DNA from: Anthoceros angustus
Taxonomy: Eukaryota > Plantae > Anthocerotophyta
DNA length: 64,000 bases
Reading direction: 5' to 3'
Assembly: GCA_010909165.1 (NCBI GenBank)
Contig: MU008154.1
Location: 1,291,478 to 1,355,477 of the forward strand
A model generated the notes under the pieces. It had not been told where the DNA came from and did not search any database. It saw nothing but the letters and a program-made list of their open reading frames with translations. The position numbers and the translations under genes are program-made. Below are positions 45,400 through 58,749 of this stretch, piece by piece; the stretch's first letter is position 1, and every line of letters starts with the position of its first letter.

Positions 45400-46900
45400 G
45401 AACTACGCTCCATGATCACATAGAGATGAAAAACTTTAGTGAGGGAAGAATATGACAGGGAGAGCCTCTCGGGCAAAGGACATCATAAAATATCCTTCAG
45501 ATCGTAGTAATATGTTGTTTGAAGTTAGAATCTGACAATGGAAATATTTTGGCAACATATTTCACAATGTGTATTGAATACTAAGCTCAAGAAGTGGAAA
45601 TCTAATTAACGCACGCATTCTGATCCAAGAGTCACAGCTTGTAAATTGATATGTAGGTGAGAAGAATTGTATGCCAAAGTTGTACAAGCATGAGGCTTGG
45701 TAGCTATAGCCATCCAGCTTTCCCATGAAGGAGCTGGTGAGGAATCTATGAAAAATGTATTTAATAACTTGATATTTCAATAAACCTTTTTAATTATTTT
45801 TATATATAGTATGAGCATCTTTAATATGTCTTATAAATTATCTATCTTGGAAAGCAAACATCTTTTTCCTGCATTCTTATATTATACACTAACATACATT
45901 TTAGATTCTCACCATATGCACCTATGTGATCTGGACAAGCCGTATTAGCTAGATGCGATCTGACGAGATCAACGCATACATAACACCTCGATGAAGCCTC
46001 AATTGCTTGCTGGAAATCTGTCATCTCTTTATTCATACAAACTACTTTCCCTGAAAATTTGTTATATTTTGCTACATATTCATAACTTGTATCTCCTAAA
46101 ATATTGAATGGTACCTTGGTTTGGAAATAATTAATAAATGCATCTAGATATGACTCGAGTCTTTGACGACCATTACTTTTGTCTGTTGCACTGAATATTT
46201 CAATAGAACAAGAAGTTTTTAGATCTCCAAAACTTTCAAGGCTAGATGGATTATATTCACCTCGAACAATAGTGAACATGAATAGATTACACATCGAATG
46301 TATATTCAAATAAAATATAAAAATTCTGAAAACGTTCATCTTGCTCAAAGATGTCTCTAGGCAGAAATTGAGTATTTGTCTTTATATATTGTATGTTACA
46401 ATAACAATTAGATCACATTTTGTAACTTTGTGTACAAATTTTGAGGAACTGATACTTAGTCTCCACATTCTCTCTTTTAATTCTTATATTGTTCATGCAA
46501 AAATTGATTAATGAAATGATAGTTGTATTACTTCACTAATTCCTCCTAAAGCTTTTAGTTTACCACTTCAGATTCTTCTGTTGACATTCCACGTTTTTAA
46601 AATTTTAAATAAAATTTAATATTTTTTTAAAAAATTAGAATCAAGTGGTTGGAAAAAATATTTTTTATGAATATTATTCTCCAGCTAGCAACAAAAATGC
46701 TTTCCATCAATTTTATTCCTTTGCTAGCTTTATTCACATTTTTAACGTTGGCACCTTGACCTTAGAATGGATAGCAAGCTTAGATTGAGACTTTCTTCGT
46801 AGTTTTAGAGAAGTTCTTTCTCTTAGAGCGTTTGGCGAAACACAAGTACCTTTGGATTTTTTTGCCACTTGGTGTTTCCAACATATTGTTTTATATTTTT
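45400..46900 (-). pseudogene. AT-rich multi-exon coding remnant of unknown family
   Basis: A 168-aa ORF (45842-46348) and a 72-aa ORF (45562-45780) in stop-rich AT DNA, separated by an intron-like AT tract. Confidence 0.35.
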
Positions 46901-47479
46901 ATGTTATAAATGAAAATTGAACTGCATATTGGCTCCCGGCAAGTTCATGAAACAATCACTTGAGTGCACTCAGCAACGCTCAATTATGCATCGTTCCGTC
47001 TTGCAAGATCTATCACTGGAATGCACTTCAAGGTAATCTAACCTTCGTCTCTTTCATTCATTCCAGTGCGCTCACTAAGCATCCACCAAGTTCATCCTAC
47101 CATGCTCTCTTTGGGGTCTTCGAATATGGCCTCTTTGCTCATTGAAGAACAAGCATTTCTGCTTCAATCTAATGGGATGTAACAGGGCAGTGTGTTTGAG
47201 ATAGTAAACTCAAGGTTGAACAGGAAGGTCCACCTTAAAAATTGACGATGGCAGAAGATCTTAGGTATGGTATGAAATCCCAATATAAAGACGAAACACT
47301 TAACCAAGCACACCTTACAAAAGCTCAATTAAAAAACCCTTAACTTAGCATACTTAACATATTACGCTTAACTAACTAACATATTATACTTAACAAAACA
47401 CACTTTTCGAAAGATCATATACCTGCAGTTGATATAGCTATTAGCATCCTGTTAGAGTATAAGAAGCAACCATTAGATC

Positions 47480-47755
47480 AATGATAGTGGGACAAAAGTT
47501 GGATGCTACTCTTGTTACAAAAATTAAATGTTACTCCTGCAAACACTAGGAGGCCGATAGGCACATTAAACAAAACCAATAGACCAACGTCGATGGGACA
47601 AAAGTTGGATGTTGCTGTTGTTACAAAAATCAAAAGTTACTTGTGCAAAGACTAGGAGGCCAGTAGGCACCCAACTGAAGTATTTGACACAACCACTAGA
47701 CGATTGGACAAAAGTTGGATGCTGCTTTTGTTACAAAACTTAAAAGTTACTTCTA
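47480..47755. repeat. Three diverged tandem repeats of ~107 bp
   Basis: ggacaaaagttggatg..ttgttacaaaa..aaa.gttact at ~47490, ~47596 and ~47706. Confidence 0.8.
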
Positions 47756-48529
47756 GAAGGCTGAAACATGCAACCTGAGAGACTCTAACTCTCGCGGGTC
47801 AAACTCACGAGATGAGCAGAGATGTACCTTAACAATAACCAACAACAACTTTATTTCTGTCCGCTAAGGATGGAAGGACCACCATGAGACACAAATAGCA
47901 CAGTGTAAAAGAGCTAAAAAGCCGAGTACACATTAGTTCTTTTGATCTAGAGAGACCGTAGTTGTTTTAGATAAGAGAAGAAGGAAGTAAAAGTCATAAG
48001 AGAGGGAAAAAAAGAGGCAAAATCAATAAGGAGTCCATCAAGGCGTGTCGATGATCAAGAACCTCAGAGGGACAAACGTCACAGAGCTTAGCTTAGGGAT
48101 ATAAAAAGAGAAGAATCTGTTGCGCAAAGGAAAACCAGCACACCAAAAAATGAGTGTATTGTGCTCGAATGTCAGCATAGGTGGAGCAATAGAAGAGGAA
48201 ATGGTCCAAGCAGAGAGCTTGCACTCAGCCAAAGTTGCTCATTCACTACAACTATTGACTAATAATATTTAGGCAGTATACTTGGACTTGGGGGCAAGTC
48301 CACGAGTCCCATTAAGGGAGGAGTCCGATTAGATTTTTTTTCCATTTAAAAAAATAAATAAAATATTATAAATTAAAAATAATAAAAATACCCTTAAAAC
48401 GAAAGATTCAAATTCTGATTGATAGGTTTCACAAAAAATAACTTTTACCGCTTTTCTATATAGTTGCTTGAAAGCTAGCACTCTCTCTAGGCAGCATTAA
48501 AAAAACTCTACCTATCATAAAGAAAAAAG

Positions 48530-48640
48530 CTTAGTTTATGAGTCTTCAATCACACCTAAAAGTCTACTGTGCTCTGAAATAATCCCTTAGTTTAGGAGTC
48601 TTCAATCACACCTAAAAGTCTATTATGCTCTAAAATAATC
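48530..48640. repeat. Two tandem repeats of ~56 bp
   Basis: gagtcttcaatcacacctaaaagtcta..tgctct.aaataatc occurs twice. Confidence 0.8.
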
Positions 48641-49293
48641 GATTCTTTTTTTCTTTTTTAATCCTATTTAAGGAGGTGAAATTAACATAAATGTATGTTT
48701 CAAAAGATCCCAATTACCATTTAGGGAAAAGGTCCATTTTTTACACTGTACCCTAAAGGCAGTAGGATGGGAGTTCCCATTTAGAGAGGAATCCCATTTA
48801 TAGAGTTCCCAACAGGGGCCCGACTGCAAGTGTACACATGGGCAATCCCAGTGAAGTTGTGGGAGCTGCTATTATGAGTGTTCCCACAAAGCACCTTGGT
48901 ACCCTGGTTGAGCGGAAAATAAAGAAGCCCGAAAAGCCCCTCGGGTGCCTGAAAAGCCACTCGGGTACCAGTGAGCGAGAGAGATGTCCGAAGTGCACGA
49001 GGAGGAAAAAACAACACATCAGCCACCATATTCGGCCAGTCAGTCGAGTGTGAGAAGGTAAAGACAAAAAGCATTGGCAACCCACATCAGGGAATCAGGG
49101 CTACCATTATGAATCTTGAATGAGGGCTACCATTATGAATCTTGAATGAAGGCCATGACACGAACGCCTTATGAAATTCGTAGCCAAGATGAGCTGGAGT
49201 TTCAGAACAATTTAATGGCAGCAAACTATGTACCTTATGGAATACCGATCTGGTCACGCAGCATCCAGATATTTTTAGGGTTATGGACAGAAA

Positions 49294-49327
49294 GAAATAG
49301 TCCCGCCGCATACGGCGGAACTATTTC
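49294..49327. other. Hairpin with a 15-bp stem and 4-nt loop
   Basis: GAAATAGTCCCGCCG CATA CGGCGGAACTATTTC (one mismatch). Confidence 0.85.
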
Positions 49328-49899
49328 GGCATGTCATGGATGACCACATCGGCCAGGTCAGCGCCCCCGGCACCGGCTGGTCAAGCTACCACATGACACA
49401 CGTAATGATTCGACTCACGAATGATTCGACCACACGTAAACTTTCTTCTTTTAGGGTTAGGTTGCGTTGCGGCCATTGCGTCGCCGCGCCATTGCGGCAT
49501 CGCAACATACCATGTCCGGCATCGCTGCATACACAAGGTGTAAGGGTTGTCGGCGGTTGCGTTAGCGCAGCGCTTACGCTATGCAATGGCGTTTGTGCTG
49601 CAATTGTCGTCTACATGCTGCCGCTTAGTGCATTTGTGCGCAAGATCGCACTGCTTGGCAATCGGCCGCATCTACTGCAACGCGCCGCTAGTGCCGCCAC
49701 GCTTGCACATAGCACCAACTTTCCGATACAAGCTTATACCAGAGGACCAACAAACACGGCTTCCATGAAAATGGACGATACAATCCTTGCACCCAAAAAG
49801 CGCGGCAGGCACAAGAGTCTTCAAAGGGCCCTCTTGGACTCAACGCAGCAGTAGTGATCTCGCCCACGGCGTGGGCTTCGCCAAGGCCCACTGGAGGTA

Positions 49900-51700
49900 C
49901 GGCAAGGTTTCCCCGCCTCCCGCACTCGCACAATGTCGTGCCTGTGCAAAGTACATATCGGGAGGAAGTCCATGTCAAGCCCTTCGTGATAGGCATTGTC
50001 CTCGCGACATGCGCTTCTCGTGACACGATAGCAAAGGGCACACAGCCGATCGACCACCGCAATGCTAAAGGGATGGAACCTCACATGAGGAAGACAACAG
50101 AATTTCACACAAGACAAGTGTCTGCAGCCAAGACTCACCGGACAACAACAATCACCTAGCGGTGGCATCTCGGGGCCACGTGCGTATATTGAGGACCACA
50201 GCATCATACTCCTCGCCATCATCCGCATGTCCCATATGCGGTGGTCGACCCGCCCTTGAGCCGAGCCTCTTCCTCGAACGCTATTGCACATGGCTGGGAT
50301 GTCCCCGTCGCTGCCCTTATCCGCGCACCTCAGGCCTGCTCCACACCGCCTCCAACGCCCAGCCCGCCTCATGGTGGGCATGAAGGTGACATGTGTGAGT
50401 GGATGTGCCGAGGTTGGTGATGTCCACTCTACTCCTCACCAAATCCAAAGATGTACCCTTGTACAGAACGCCCACTTCTCCCCAATGACCGCCAAAAATG
50501 CTCAATCCTCTGCAGACGGCGAAGCATTACTACCACACAGACCTCCTCGGCCGACAAAGGCATCGCAAGCAACCACACCGACCAGGTACACGGAGGCCGC
50601 GATGAAGTTGCCGCCAGTGCCCTTGGCCTCGCACGGTTCATGTCCGCCTATCAGTTGTGCTCACGCATAGTCCGACCGAATACCGGGATGGCCAAACCTC
50701 CTCACCGCATCCACATAGGCGTTGAAAATGGTTGTCCCCGCTTGTTGTCTTCTTCCAAGACCAACCACGGGACGTAGTGGGTGGCCCCATCTATTGCACC
50801 ATGGACTCAAGTAGAATTGCGGCCTGTCATCGCACACAATCCAACCACATCCATTTGGTGACCATCGCAGAATCGCTCCCATTCCAATCTAACGCACAGC
50901 ACACACCGCAGCAAACTGCTGGAGCCACTCACAATCCATGTGCCACATGAACATGGGCGTCGTGTTATCAGCTGCGACGCGCTGACTGCCGTCGGCCGTG
51001 AGCCATGTCTTCCGGCTGCATCAACCGCGGCGCCTCCGTCACCTGCCTCCTTGGGATGTCGATTCCATCGACTTGCAGCCCGCCCGCACTGCTTGACCGT
51101 GATTGACGCCGTGCGTGTGATGGGCGTATGAGTTGCAATGAGCGTGCAGACCTCCACCACGGATAGCCTCCCATACACGCCGCCATTCAGCTGCCAGGAG
51201 CCTCACACTGCCCTCAAGTCACAGCTCCCCGCCGGCAGCCTCGGCCGCCTGATTGCAAGTGCCGCGCCACGCCGGCGTGGCGGAGTGTTACGGAAGGCTC
51301 CGCTACCACGCGGCCCGTCCTCCCCTTCCTCGTGCTCATCCCCGCGCCTCTTCCCCTCCACCCTCATGCGATCCATCCGCTCGTCCTGCAGCCCTTCCTC
51401 CCAGATGGTCCAGTCATCCTGGTGCAGCCCGTGCGTGCCCCCCAGCCACCCGTCATCCGCCTGCCATTCGGGTGAGCCACCCGCAGCTGCCATCGGCCTC
51501 CTCCACAGGGTCGCTTCTCGCTTGGGGATGGGCAAGGTGGCTTGCACACCTCGCACACCGCTAGCGTGGAAGGCGTTCGCGTGGTTCCCGTCTGCCTGCA
51601 CAGGCCTCCGCGGAGGTCTATTGCGCACGCAGAGCCCTGGTGTTATTCCAAGTCGCCGTCGTCCGGGTTGAACAAGAAATTGCAGCAACTGCGGCTACCA
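49900..51700 (-). pseudogene. IS3EU-like (IS3/IS481-related integrase-core) DDE transposase, frameshifted, with probable short introns
   Basis: GIDIPRRQVTEA.RLMQP..ITRRP; CDGH (~50858-50869); VHGAIDGATHYVPWL (~50760-50806); AYVDAVRRFGHPGIRSDY (~50667-50720); Q|RIEHFWR (~50489-50512). Confidence 0.7.
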
Positions 51701-54700
51701 CCCAGTTCGATTGCCAGTTGCACCTCTTCCGCACATCCACTGACAAATCATGCCGCGCGCCGCTGGCGCACTTGAAATTGTGTGCAAAGGGGCTTCATCG
51801 TGTGTGCAAGATAGTGGCCTACGCCCTTTCCCCATCACGCGCCATGGGTGCGGCCTTGATGGAAGGTACGCGCGTATGATGGTTCACACGATCGCGGTAT
51901 TGCCAAACACCACCATGCTGCGCGCCTCTGCGTGTCGCGGATTCGTGCAGCAAGCGCGCGGGGCGTGGGTCTCCTTTGGTCACCATGCGCGGCTATGCGT
52001 GCAGCGTTTGCCGCTGCGAGACAAGCTTCCCACACCAACTCGCGCACAACACCACTGCGTATTACTATACGGGCCACTATGGGCCTCAGAGAGCATCACA
52101 ACAAACCATTGCCACGCTCATTCCTGTTCTGGCGGCGGCACATCGACGCGCCTCCTTCCCCTCAATAGCCTTGGTTGCTTCCGGCAGCAAAACACCGAAG
52201 GCGACGCCTTACCTCAACCCGCAGAGGGTCCAGAAGGCTGCGGCGCAAACATGAAAGCATCGATCTTCCGGCAATCAGCGCGTGCTTTGCGGCCCCCATG
52301 GTGTGGCATGCCACGATGATGAGGTCACATGCCTCCGATGCCGGAACACTCCTCTTCGTTGGTGAAAAGTCCATGTAGCGAGATGAAATGCTCCGTCCGG
52401 TTGAATAAGAAATTGCAAAGAATCGGGCTACCACCCGGTTTGATTGCCGCTTGCACCTCTTCCGCACATCCTGTTTAAAAATCATGCCGCGCGGCGCGAC
52501 TTCAAATTGTGTGCAAAGGGGCTTCACATCGTGTGTGCAAGATAGTGGCCTACGCCCTTTCCCCATCTCGCTTATGGGTGCGGCCTTGATGGAAGGCGCA
52601 CGCGCACGGTGGTTACACGATCGCGGTATTGCCAAACACCACCATGCTGCGCGCCTCTGCGTGTCGCGGATTCGTCGCAGCGCGACGCGTGAGGTCTCCT
52701 TTGGTCATATGCAGGTTATGCGGCAAACGCCGCAGACAAGCTGCAAGCTTCCTACACCAACTCGCGCACAACACACGTCTGCGTATTACTATACGGGCCA
52801 CTATGGGCCTCCGAGAGCATCACAACACAACCATTGCCACGCGGGCTCATTCCTGTTCGTGGGCAGCAGCACATCGAGGGCAGGCAACGCCCTTGGTCCT
52901 TCCCCCTCAATAGCCTTCTGGCTGCTTCCGCTTGGCAAAACCTGCGAACGACAGCACCGCCTGCCTTACCTCAACCCGCAGAGGGTCCAAGAAGCTGCGC
53001 GGCGCAAACATGAAAGCATGCGATCTTCCAGCAATCAACGCGTGCCCTTTGCGGCCCCCCATGGTGTGGCATGCCCTGATGATGAGGTCACATGCCTCCA
53101 AGATTTGGAACACTCCTCTTCGTTGGTGAAAAGTCCATGTAGCGAGATGAAATGCTCGTCCGGTACACAAATGGGAGTGTGGCCACAGCAAAGTTGTGGC
53201 GATCCACATCCTGCACGATGCATAATGTGCCCACCGCCGGCACACAATGTTCATCGCGAGTGCAATGCCCTCGTGCCCACAAGCACAGTGCCGACGATCC
53301 CATCACGGCCCCACACCCTCGACTACCTTCCATGCCCACTTCGGCCGACGCAGGACTTGGCGCTCCATCACTTTCGCAATCGCAACCCACAAGGTGCCTT
53401 CCAAAGATGCTTTCGTGCATGAGAGACGGCAGGTAAAGGGGCTTCCTTCTCGATGCAAATCCCACACGAGGCACCCATTTCCTCCGCACAAGATTGTCAC
53501 CGCAGGCCCCTATCTCAATTGTTAGCACGCACTGCAGCCTGTGTCCTCCCGAATGGCATCCACAAAGAACATGCCATGCGAGCTCTTTGGCTGCTCCAAA
53601 GATCCTCGCCCCAACCGTCCATGACATCCCGCCCACCGGCTTGCACCACCAGCCCCTCCTCATGGGCTCGGCCCCTCTCCACCGCCCAAACGAAGTCCTT
53701 GCAAGGCGGCCATCCCAGCTCCCCTCCACAACCAAGAGGACCCATTTCCGGACCACTCTCCAGACGCACGGCCATCGTCATCGACGCCAAGACATGCCGC
53801 GAGTCGGTGGAATGGATTCGCCGAGCTCTCCCATGTCCATGCTGCGCTGCCGCCGTCGGCGTCTGTGATCCACCGTCGTTTCCATGGCTCCTTGCTTGCT
53901 CGGACTGTCCGCGGCTCCTGTGGCGGCCCCTCATGGTGCAGCCCGCTTCCCCGCAGTCTCGGCGATTGTGTCCACATGCACGATGGTCGTCGATGGCGGC
54001 ACATTCTCCGCATCCTCCCCTCCATCGCCTGCGCCCGCACGTCGCCCCTGCCGCGACCTCGCCTCACTTTGCCGGGCGTCCCCTCTGCTGCGGTGCATTC
54101 TCAACGGCATCATTGCCAGCCATACCGCCTTGCCTTGCGCGTCAACGCCGCGAACTCGCATGGATCATACTCACTGCCCACACGCAACCCCTGTGAGAAT
54201 CACATTCGAAGCAGATTGCGCAATCAGTGGATATGGACGACTGCAATGCAAGACACTCCCAGTGGTACCTATCGCTCGTCGCGGTGAGAGGCGAGCTGTA
54301 AGCCTCCTTTGGGAAGCCGTATCCCAACATTTCTGCTGCCGATGTAGAACGCCTCCGGCGTGCAATCCAACCTGCAATCAACATGGAGGTTTGAGAATTC
54401 ATGTGCAACCACCGCTTTGCAGCCAGACACCTGTGCCGACAACGCTGCCGCCGCTTGCAGCCGCCCACCACAACGTTGCCTTCCGTCCCTTTCACTGCCC
54501 TCTCTTTGTTCAGCGGTAGCAGTCGTCTGATCACACGCCGCCTGCGGCCTGCCACCCCCTCGTGCCTCGCGCTCCCTTCCACAGTCGCCCCGCACACCAC
54601 CAGCCGGATGCGGGGGGGAGGAGGGTGGGGCCCTCGTGCCTCGCGCTCCCCTCCCACGGTCGCCCCGCACACCACCCGCAACCGGATGCGGGGGGGAGGG

Positions 54701-57700
54701 AGGGGGCCATCAAGGCGGCACTCATTGTACGGGGTAGGCGGGGCATTCAAGCGGTCATTCAATGTACACGAAACAAATGTGCAGCTATGGCGCATCCGAT
54801 CTTATGAGGGCTTAGCGATTCTGTTGCATTATTTTACCACCCGATCACTTGGTGTGCGTCGCGCCAGTGGTCTCCTGGAACATTGCGCGCTGCAGTAGCA
54901 ATGTTCATCTGCGATGCACTAAGCGGAGTTCGTCCTGTGACAAAGCGACCACTTGCAGTGCGGCCGGACAACATCATGGGCAGAAAGCATATTGCTGAAA
55001 ATGACATCGCACACGCCGTGCGCGGCTTACAATCGCCATGTGCTGCAACTCTCGTCCCACACCTAACCCCTAACACCCGGCATGCGTTCTTCCCATCTAC
55101 ACACAATTCGCACAGAACACAACTTCAGTGCCGAAACGCGAATGGCACGTACATGCAGCACGTTAGTTGCGGTTGCAGGGCAGGCCGGGAAATGCTCCTA
55201 TGCAGCTGCCGCCCTCTGCTGTTGCACCCACCACTATGTTTACAGCCTTGCGCGTTGAGCTCGATTGCTCCTCGTTGGCGGCCCCTCATGGGCTGCGGCC
55301 CCGCACCGACGGCCCCGCAGCTGACAGGTGTCCACATGCACGATGGTCGATGGCGGCACATTCTCCGCATCCTCCCCTCCATCGCCGTGCGCACTTCCTC
55401 GCATGCCGCCCGCAGCCTCCGCCCGCCCTCGGGCGTCTCTCGCGGCGGCTGCAGATTCTCAACAAAGACGATCGCAAGCCCGCCACCGCCATTTGGCCGC
55501 CACAGCCATAACTCGCATGGATCATACTCACTGCCCACACGCAACCCCTGTGAGAATCACATTCAAGGCATTGCAATCGATGGATATGGACGATCGCAAT
55601 GCAAGACACTCCGGTGGTACCTATCGTCGCGGTGAGGCGGTAAGCCTCCTTTGGGAAGCCGTATCCCAACATTTCGCTGCGATGAACGCCTCCTGCGTGC
55701 AATCCAACCTCCGCAATCAACATGGAGGTTTGAGAATTCATGTGCAACCACCGCTGCGACACTGCATGGCAACGCCGCGCTGGCTGGTAGCCCGCCACCA
55801 CAACGTTGCCTTCGTCCCTTTCACTGCCCTCCGCTGTTCGCGATCATGAAAGCAGCAAAGGCTTACCCGCCCGCCTGACCCCCATGCCCCTCGTGCCTCG
55901 GCCTCAAGGCCTTCCATGCTAAGATACACCACCCGCAACCGGATGCGGGGCGGGAGGGAGGTGGGGCCACTGCCCGCGGCTCCTCCACAAGGCGCCAAGA
56001 CACACCACCGCGAACCGGTGGGAGGGAGGGAGGCCACCATCAAGGCGGCACTCATTGTACACGGTGGCGGGCGCCACATTCAAGGGTCATTCAATGTACA
56101 CGAAACAAATGTGCAGCTATGGCGATCTAATCATGATTTCGCAGCTTCGATTATTTCAGACACCACCGCCGGTGTGCGCCGCGCTCACCGGTGGTCTCCT
56201 GGAACATTGCAACCCGCAATCACCAGAATGTTCATCTGCGATGCACTAAGCGGAGTTCGTCCTGTGACAAAGCGACCACTTGCGACCGCGCATGGACAAC
56301 ATCATGGGCGTAAAGCATATTGCTGAAAATGACATCGCACACGCTGCGCTTACAATCGCCATGTCCGCAACTCGCCTCACACCTCACCCCTCACACCGCA
56401 TGCGTTCTTCCCATCTACACACACCGCACGAACAAAACTTCGCCGAACAATGGCACGCATACGCAAAGACGTTAGTTGCGGTTGCAGGCGGCGGAAATGC
56501 TCCTATGTGCCGCCCTCTGCGATTGCACCCACCACTATGTTTACATGCCTTGCGGCGTTGCTCCGTTGCTCCTCGCCTCGGCGCGCGTCTCCCGGATATG
56601 CCACCACATGGGCTTTCGTGCAGTTAATCTCGCCCGACGGGCGTCTTCTCATTCCAATTGAGCTCCGCACGCGAAATCCACCAACTCGTAGAACCTCCTA
56701 GGCCATCTTCCACCAAATCGGTGGCCCCGGCGTGCACTGCGAACCAAACCGCGGTCATGCACTTTGTTGCGGTCGCTCCCATGGTGCATCTTCCATTCGA
56801 TCGGTGGCGGTGTCAAAACGATGCATGAAAACATGGCACTCCACCGGTGGTAAGCGCTCTCGCGATAATTTGTCCACCGCCACTCCATTCCGTTTGTCCC
56901 GCAGTGGTGGTATAGGATCGCAAGTTTATTTGGATACCCTCCATTCAAGGCATTGGCTCGATGGTCTTCAACAAAGTCCAAAAACTCACGAGAGCTCCCT
57001 ATAGTTGATGGGAACCATGGGCCTGACGATGTACTCTCGAGGGCATTGCATCTCCCACATATCTTCCGCGGCCCGCTTTGCCACCGTGTGTGCGGGCGCC
57101 CGACTGCACACTAGCAAAGCCGCGGCCGTCAATGCCCTTCCCGCAAGATATTGCGTCATTGCGCCGCCTCCAATGCACATGATCCTCCCGTGGGCCGGCG
57201 GCCGCGCGCGCACTCGTCCAACCTACCTTGGATGCCCGCCACTCATAGGCTGCAAGTGATCGCGGGTTCCTCATCGTCCACTCGGTCCGGCGCAAAACTC
57301 GGCGCGCGTGGAGGTTTGGCCGCCGAGTCGTTCTGCAGCCTTATTGGCGGTTGCCCATTGACCCCATGGTTGCGTGCACGGCGTCGCCGGCGGAATCCGG
57401 TGATGTCTTTCCAACTCCAGCCCGCGGTTCTGGTGGAAGGTTCGCATCCAGCAACCCGGTTGGGCGTTGTTGCGATCGCCATTCGGGCCTCATCTCACTC
57501 CGACATTGCACAGTGTAGTCATGGTGCCCGTCCCTCTACCCGCACCCAACACCTTTCCCAACTTATACGGTAGCGTCTGTACCTGGGAAACCCGAACCCC
57601 ACTCATCCGTCAACCCCGGAGCGCGGAAATGCTCCTATGCACCGCCGCCCTGCAGCTGCACCCACCACTACAGCCTGCAGGCTCGCTTGCGCGTTGCTCC

Positions 57701-58740
57701 TCGCCTCGAGCGCGCACGCCTCCCGGATATGCCACCACATGGGCTTTCGTGCAGTTAATCTCATCAAGAGCGCGGTCTTCTCATTCCAATTGAGCTCCGC
57801 ATATCGCACAAATCCACCAACTCGTAGAACCTCCTAGGCCATCTTCCACCAAATCTGGCCCCGTCGTGCACTGTGCGAACCAAACCCGCAGGTCATGCAC
57901 GCTTTACGCCTCCTCAAGGCCAGACATCTTCCATTCCGGCCCCACAAAACCCGATGCATGAAAACATGGCACTCCACCGCATTTTAAGCGCCTCGCAGAA
58001 TTTGTCCACCGCCACTCCATTCCATTTGTCCCGCAGGTTGGTATAGGATCGCAAGTTTCACTGGATACCCTCCATTCAAGGCATTGGCTCGATGGTCTTC
58101 AACAAAGTCCAAAAACTCGAGAGCTCCCTATAGTTGATGGGAACCATGGGCCACCCAACATGATGTACTCTCGAGGCATTGCATCTCCCACATATCTTCC
58201 CCGGCCCGCTTGAGGGCGCACCGTGTAGACACCACCGCAATACAACCGGGCACACGCCAATGCCCTTCCCGCAAGATATTGCACGTCCGCATCGCCTCCA
58301 ATGCACATGATCCTCCGTGAGGCTACGCGCACCTCGCAACCAACCTACCTTGGATGACCGCCGCCACTCATAGGCGCAAGTGATCGCGGGTTCCTCATCG
58401 CCCACTCCGGCCCCGGCTCGCAAAACTCGGCGCAGCGTGGAGGGCCGGCCGCCGAGTCGCTCGCGTTTATTGGCGGTTGCCCGTCACCCATGGTTGCGTG
58501 CACGCCGTCGCTACCGACCGGCCTGGTCTTTTCCAACTCCAATGCATGATTCTTTGGTGGAAGGGTTCGTGATCCGCCCTTGGGACGCTTTGTTGCGCCG
58601 CCATTCAGCCTCATCTCCCGCAAGATCGAGACAAAGGTGGTCGCGGTTGCCCGTCCCTCTCCCGCACCCAACTTGCCTTTCCCAACTTATACTGAAATCA
58701 TGCTCCCACTGGGAAACCCGAACCCCACTCATCCGGTCGC
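51690..58740. repeat. Three successive tandem segmental duplications within GC-rich, coding-like DNA
   Basis: ~51690-52400 matches 52420-53160; ~53920-55250 matches 55280-56550; ~56500-57610 matches 57620-58735. Copies differ mainly by small indels. Confidence 0.8.
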
Positions 58741-58749
58741 CCCATGGGC

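Noticed and set aside
47480-47755. CRISPR-like regularly spaced repeats
   Set aside because: The intervening sequences are themselves homologous, there are no cas genes and the context is eukaryotic. It is an ordinary minisatellite.
48744-48748. CACTG as a CACTA-type terminus
   Set aside because: No matching opposite end, TSD or CACTA transposase is visible in the window.
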